NCBI RefSeq assembly: GCF_009914755.1
Contig: NC_060926.1
Reading direction: 5' to 3' (one strand)
DNA length: 64,000 bases
Source: the human T2T-CHM13v2.0 reference genome, Homo sapiens
Position 1 is the stretch's first letter. Each line of letters opens with the position of its first letter. Position numbers and translations under genes: made by a program. This document shows, piece by piece, positions 52,146 through 64,000 of this stretch. The notes under the pieces are model-generated. The model worked only from the letters and a program-made list of their open reading frames with translations. It made no database searches and was not told the origin of the DNA.

Positions 52146-53069
52146 AAATACATATTATTTGTTCCTTTCAGTTTTTTATCATCCTTACATGCCTGCACAA
52201 ACACAGTACTGCCCAGAATCAGTTTCTTGTCATTGTTTTTATGTGTACAACATTCAACTTATGATTCTATTAATACTTACGTGTTTGCGTTCCTTGGAAT
52301 TACTCTAGAAAACCTTACCACAATCTTCAACCCTGTCCTAAGTTCCAGAACTATAAGAATCTGTACCTGATCCGTGAAAAAAACAGAACAAAACTGTAAA
52401 GAGCTGTTTGCAAATAACAGAGGAGAAAAATAAACAACTTGTTTCTTAGGGATTCTCAGAAATGAAAGAACAGGTCATAGATGATAAGAGTCACTTGGAC
52501 CTCTCTACAAAAAAGTAGACAAAATCCTTCCAGACTATTGATAATTCATTGACAAATTTCTAAACTGGTTTCAATTTTCCTAAGATATATACATAAACAC
52601 ATTGTCCCAGTTCCACTTTTCAAATATGTTCCAAAGTCAGGCATAGTCAATACAAATCTTAGAAAAAAAAAGTCAATTTAACATTAGAAATCAGCAGAGA
52701 AAATATGTCAAACATCTCATTGAGAAAACACATTCATAATATAAGTTGGACATTTTATGCCTATATTATTTAATACTTTTTGTTCCCTAAAACAGATTCC
52801 AAAAATCATAGGAACATCTGGAGTTTGTGTTCAAAATGTTCCTGAACATAATACATTCCATTACCAATTTCATGTCCAAAAATTCTCTCTCAAGTAATTC
52901 CCAGCCAGGATTGGCAGAAGCCCAGGATAGTATATTTTCAAGTGAAAAAATAAAATACAATTACACAGATAATTACAAAGTTGTAATCTGTCACTTATCT
53001 GGAAGTCCCATTGTTACTTGTGTGCATATACATGAAATAGTTGAATATGTGCATGCCATGCGCAAAAGT

Positions 53070-53510
53070 CAGAATTGACTGCTGTAATAAAAAAAAAACT
53101 AAAATAACAGTGGCTTAAATGAAACAGAAGCTTATTTCTCTCAAACATATCATTCTGGGTATAAGCAGTCCAGGGCTACAAAATACAAAGGAATTAGGAT
53201 ATTTTCAATCTTGTTGATTTTTCTACCTCTAGTGGACAAGCCCCACTTGCATGAATGAAGACGGATTAACAACACTTTTACATTCCAGGCAGTGGAAAAA
53301 TAGAATAGAGGAAACCAGAAGCATTAATTAATACGTTCTTGAGTTCATATCTTGTTGGCCAGAACTTAACCCCAAAGACAAAACTGGTTGCAAGGAAAGA
53401 TGAGTAATGTCATATTCATTTTGGTGCCTATTTCAAGAGCTAAAAATTGAGGTTTCTAATAAGGTAGATAAAGATAACAATAAGTTTGGGGGGATGACCA
53501 ACACTTCTGT
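53070..53510 (-). mobile_element. Old MLT1-type LTR
   Basis: aataacagtggcttaaa...ttatttctctca motif typical of reverse MLT1 LTRs. Confidence 0.55.
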
Positions 53511-54809
53511 CATGCCATGTCTGTGTCTACAGTTGACATTCTGTTTGGACTGGATGCCCCTGCTGAATTAGGAAAAATATTGTGACTTTCAAGGATTTTA
53601 GAACTTGCAAAAGCATAATCCAATTTACCAATAAACCTTTCCTCCAACCTAAATTAGAATTATCAAGCAAGGAATTCATATTGAAGAACAAGCAATTGAA
53701 TAGTATAATAATAGATTCTAGTTTATTTCCTCAAATTCACTAGGTTTCACAGTTATATTATTTCATTCATTTCTACCACTTTGTGTTTGGTTTAATAATA
53801 AAACACCAGCTCAAAATTTTTCTCACATATTTTCCCCTTCCCCAATTATTTAAGACAAGTCAAACAAAACCCAGAAATTCCTAATTACATTTTCAGTGAA
53901 ACTATGAAACATCTGTAACATCAAAACATACAATATTAAATAGAATGTAGATGGAAAAATTAAAAATTATTTAGTAAAGTAAAACAAAGAAAGTCTAACT
54001 TACTTGTCTGTGAAAAGTAAAACTGGTAAGAATCAAGCTAATTCTATCTACAGACAACTATGACATCTCAGTCCTTGAAGAGACCTGGTTATCTTGCAAC
54101 TGGACAAGGTTGGATGCTGAAAACAGAAAGTTGTTTGAAAATCTTTAGACCACCAGAAGGCCAGCTCCAACTCACCCTGACTACTGCTCTCATCCTCTAC
54201 TTAAGGTGAGAAGTATGTTCTCTAGAAAATTTGCATTATAGAGTCTTGAAATCTGAGGTATTAAACACAGAAGATGGAGAGAAGTTCTGCCCTGGAAACA
54301 GGAACATTAAAAAGTTTGTATTCTAAATGATGACATTCTTCCCCTCACTCCAGGTTCTTTTCCTTACTCAGAACCCAGAAATCCGGTCCCCATATTTTAT
54401 ATTTCAGAAGGGCTGTTCTAAAGTCTTCCTCTGAAAAACCTGACCTGACCCATAGGGTAGACCCACTGATATTGGCATTTTAGTGTCCTCAACAAAAAAG
54501 TTAACTGATTACAGGCTCATCCTAGAATAAAGTCTGCTAGTCCTCAAGATTTACTTCCTCAACTCCCAAACATATGCATAAATGCATAGAGTATCCTGTT
54601 GGTTTCTTAGTGATCACTAAACAAGAATCATTGGATATTTGAGGAATGCCTTCAGCATGGCAGAGAAAAATTGAAACAAACTTATTGAAGGAAGTGATTC
54701 AGTGGAGGTAGAGATAGTAAGGCACAGAAGAAAATTCAAACATAATATGATCAATTTGAGAAATAAGAGAGGTATATTTATGAAGAAAGAAGAAGATGCC
54801 ATATTTTAA

Positions 54810-55948
54810 AGGAACAGAATAGAAAAATACTGTATGATCTCACTTGTATGTGGAATCTAAAAAACACCATCTCACTGAAGCAGAGTATAAAAATGTGGTT
54901 TCCAATGGCTGGGACATAAGAGAAATGAGAGGAGATGTTGGTAAAAGACACAAACTTTCAGTTATAAGATGAATAAATTTTAGGGATCTTGTGTACAGCA
55001 TGATGACTACAATCAGTAATACTTTATTTTTTTTGTCAGAATTTGCTAAGAGAGTATATCTTAAGTGTCCTCACCACAAACACACACCCACACAAATAGT
55101 AATCATGTGTAATGATGAATGTGTTGATTAATTTGACCATGGTAATTATTATAGAATATATACATATGTTAAATGATCTCATTGTACACCTTGAATATAT
55201 GTAACTTTTATTTCTCAATTAAACTTCAATAAAGCTAAAACATAAAGGAACAGTATATGAAAGAGCTCTTGGAAATTTAATCTATGAGAGCTTATTATTA
55301 TTATCAAATGGTTTGGTAATAAAATTATGGAAATTATCAAGAATGTATGGGAAAAAAGGACAAAGAGACGGACATTTAACTTTAAAGTGAAGAAATGTGA
55401 CAAACCCTACTTCTGCCAGGTGATCAAGGTCAGCATCAACAGTCATAAATCATATTGATTGTATGTACCTTTGATATACGATATCATGAAAATCGCACTT
55501 TACCTCTGTGATATGCCTCCAAAATCCCGTATCACCAGACTAATAATGAGGGAAACATCAGACAAATTCCAATAGAAGAACAACATACAATATACCCAGT
55601 ACTCTTCAAAACTGTTACAGAAATCAAAACAAGGAAAGTTTAGGAAATATCCATGTCCAAAAGGAACCTAAGGATATGACAACTAAATGTAATATGGCAA
55701 GCTGAGTAGGATCCTAGAACAGAGAAAGGACATCAGGCAAAAGCCAAAGATATCTGAATTAACCATGTACTTTAGTTAATAATTATGTCTCGACATTGTT
55801 TTATTGATTGCAACAAATACACCCTATTAATGTAAAATGTTAATAATGGAGTAAATTGTGTATATATCTTGGGGGGTATATGGGTACTCTTTGTAATATT
55901 GTCTCGATTTTTTGCTAAATTTAAAACTTCTCTAAAAAGTAAAGTCTA
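54810..55948 (+). mobile_element. Old L1M fragments (L1MA/MB 3' end ~54810-55240; L1MC-like ~55340-55948)
   Basis: L1M 3'UTR motifs. Similar L1MC-like sequence resumes at ~58515-59000. Confidence 0.65.
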
Positions 55949-58499
<2,551 letters not shown>

Positions 58500-59019
58500 A
58501 AAAAGGAAAGTCTATTATTTAATTTTTTTAAAAAGTCGTGTTAGTGTAGGCAAGACTCATTGATGGATTCTAAGATTAGTGAAAGAAAATATTTGCACAG
58601 TCTCAAAGAATCTAGTTATAGGATAGATATTCATTACAAAGAGGAAAATAGTAACTTTATAGTGGATTATCCTAACAAAGTCCAACATAATCAAATGACC
58701 AAAGTTAATATCACCAATAATAAGACTTCAGGTACCATGTTTCTCCTGATATAATTCACTGTAAAGGCATCAATATCATTTCTGTGGCATTTTCCCAAAT
58801 ATGCATAAATTTAATATAAACAGGAGAATACATCAGAGCAGCTCAAATTAAGGAATATTCCACAAAATAATTGGTCCGTCCTCTTCAAAGTGTCAAGCTT
58901 TTGAAAGGCAAAGAAAGACCAAGGAACAGTCATGGATTACAGGAGACTAAGGCAATATAACAATTAAATATAGCATGGAACTCTGAAATGGATCTTTTTT
59001 TTTCATTGCTCTTTTCTAT

Positions 59020-64000
<4,981 letters not shown>

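Overview
Primate (human-like) AT-rich genomic DNA. It holds the 5' part of SCN7A (Nax, the atypical, non-voltage-gated sodium channel) on the minus strand, plus about 16 kb of repeat-rich upstream sequence. Ten coding exons splice in frame into 1387 nt (462 codons: N-terminus, all of domain I, start of the DI-DII linker). Two non-coding 5' exons, a GC-rich promoter near 47.7-48.1 kb and a U12-type AT-AC intron are also visible. Most other ORFs in the track come from L1, Alu or microsatellites. I found no new multi-gene system. The most interesting signals are: (i) decayed fossil exons inside SCN7A introns, namely a dead copy of the tandem 5N/5A-type S3-S4 exon and a dead Nav1.7-like DI-DII linker exon, which suggest Nax lost these regions by exon skipping; (ii) a snaR-related (ASR/CAS-like) small-RNA retrocopy with target-site duplications (TSDs); (iii) four uATGs packed into the 113-nt 5'UTR exon; (iv) an STR overlapping a weak splice donor; (v) six 5'-inverted L1 insertions, one with an apparent 3' transduction and one with an inversion of only about 19 nt. 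Paralog and repeat-family comparisons are from memory and need confirming by alignment.
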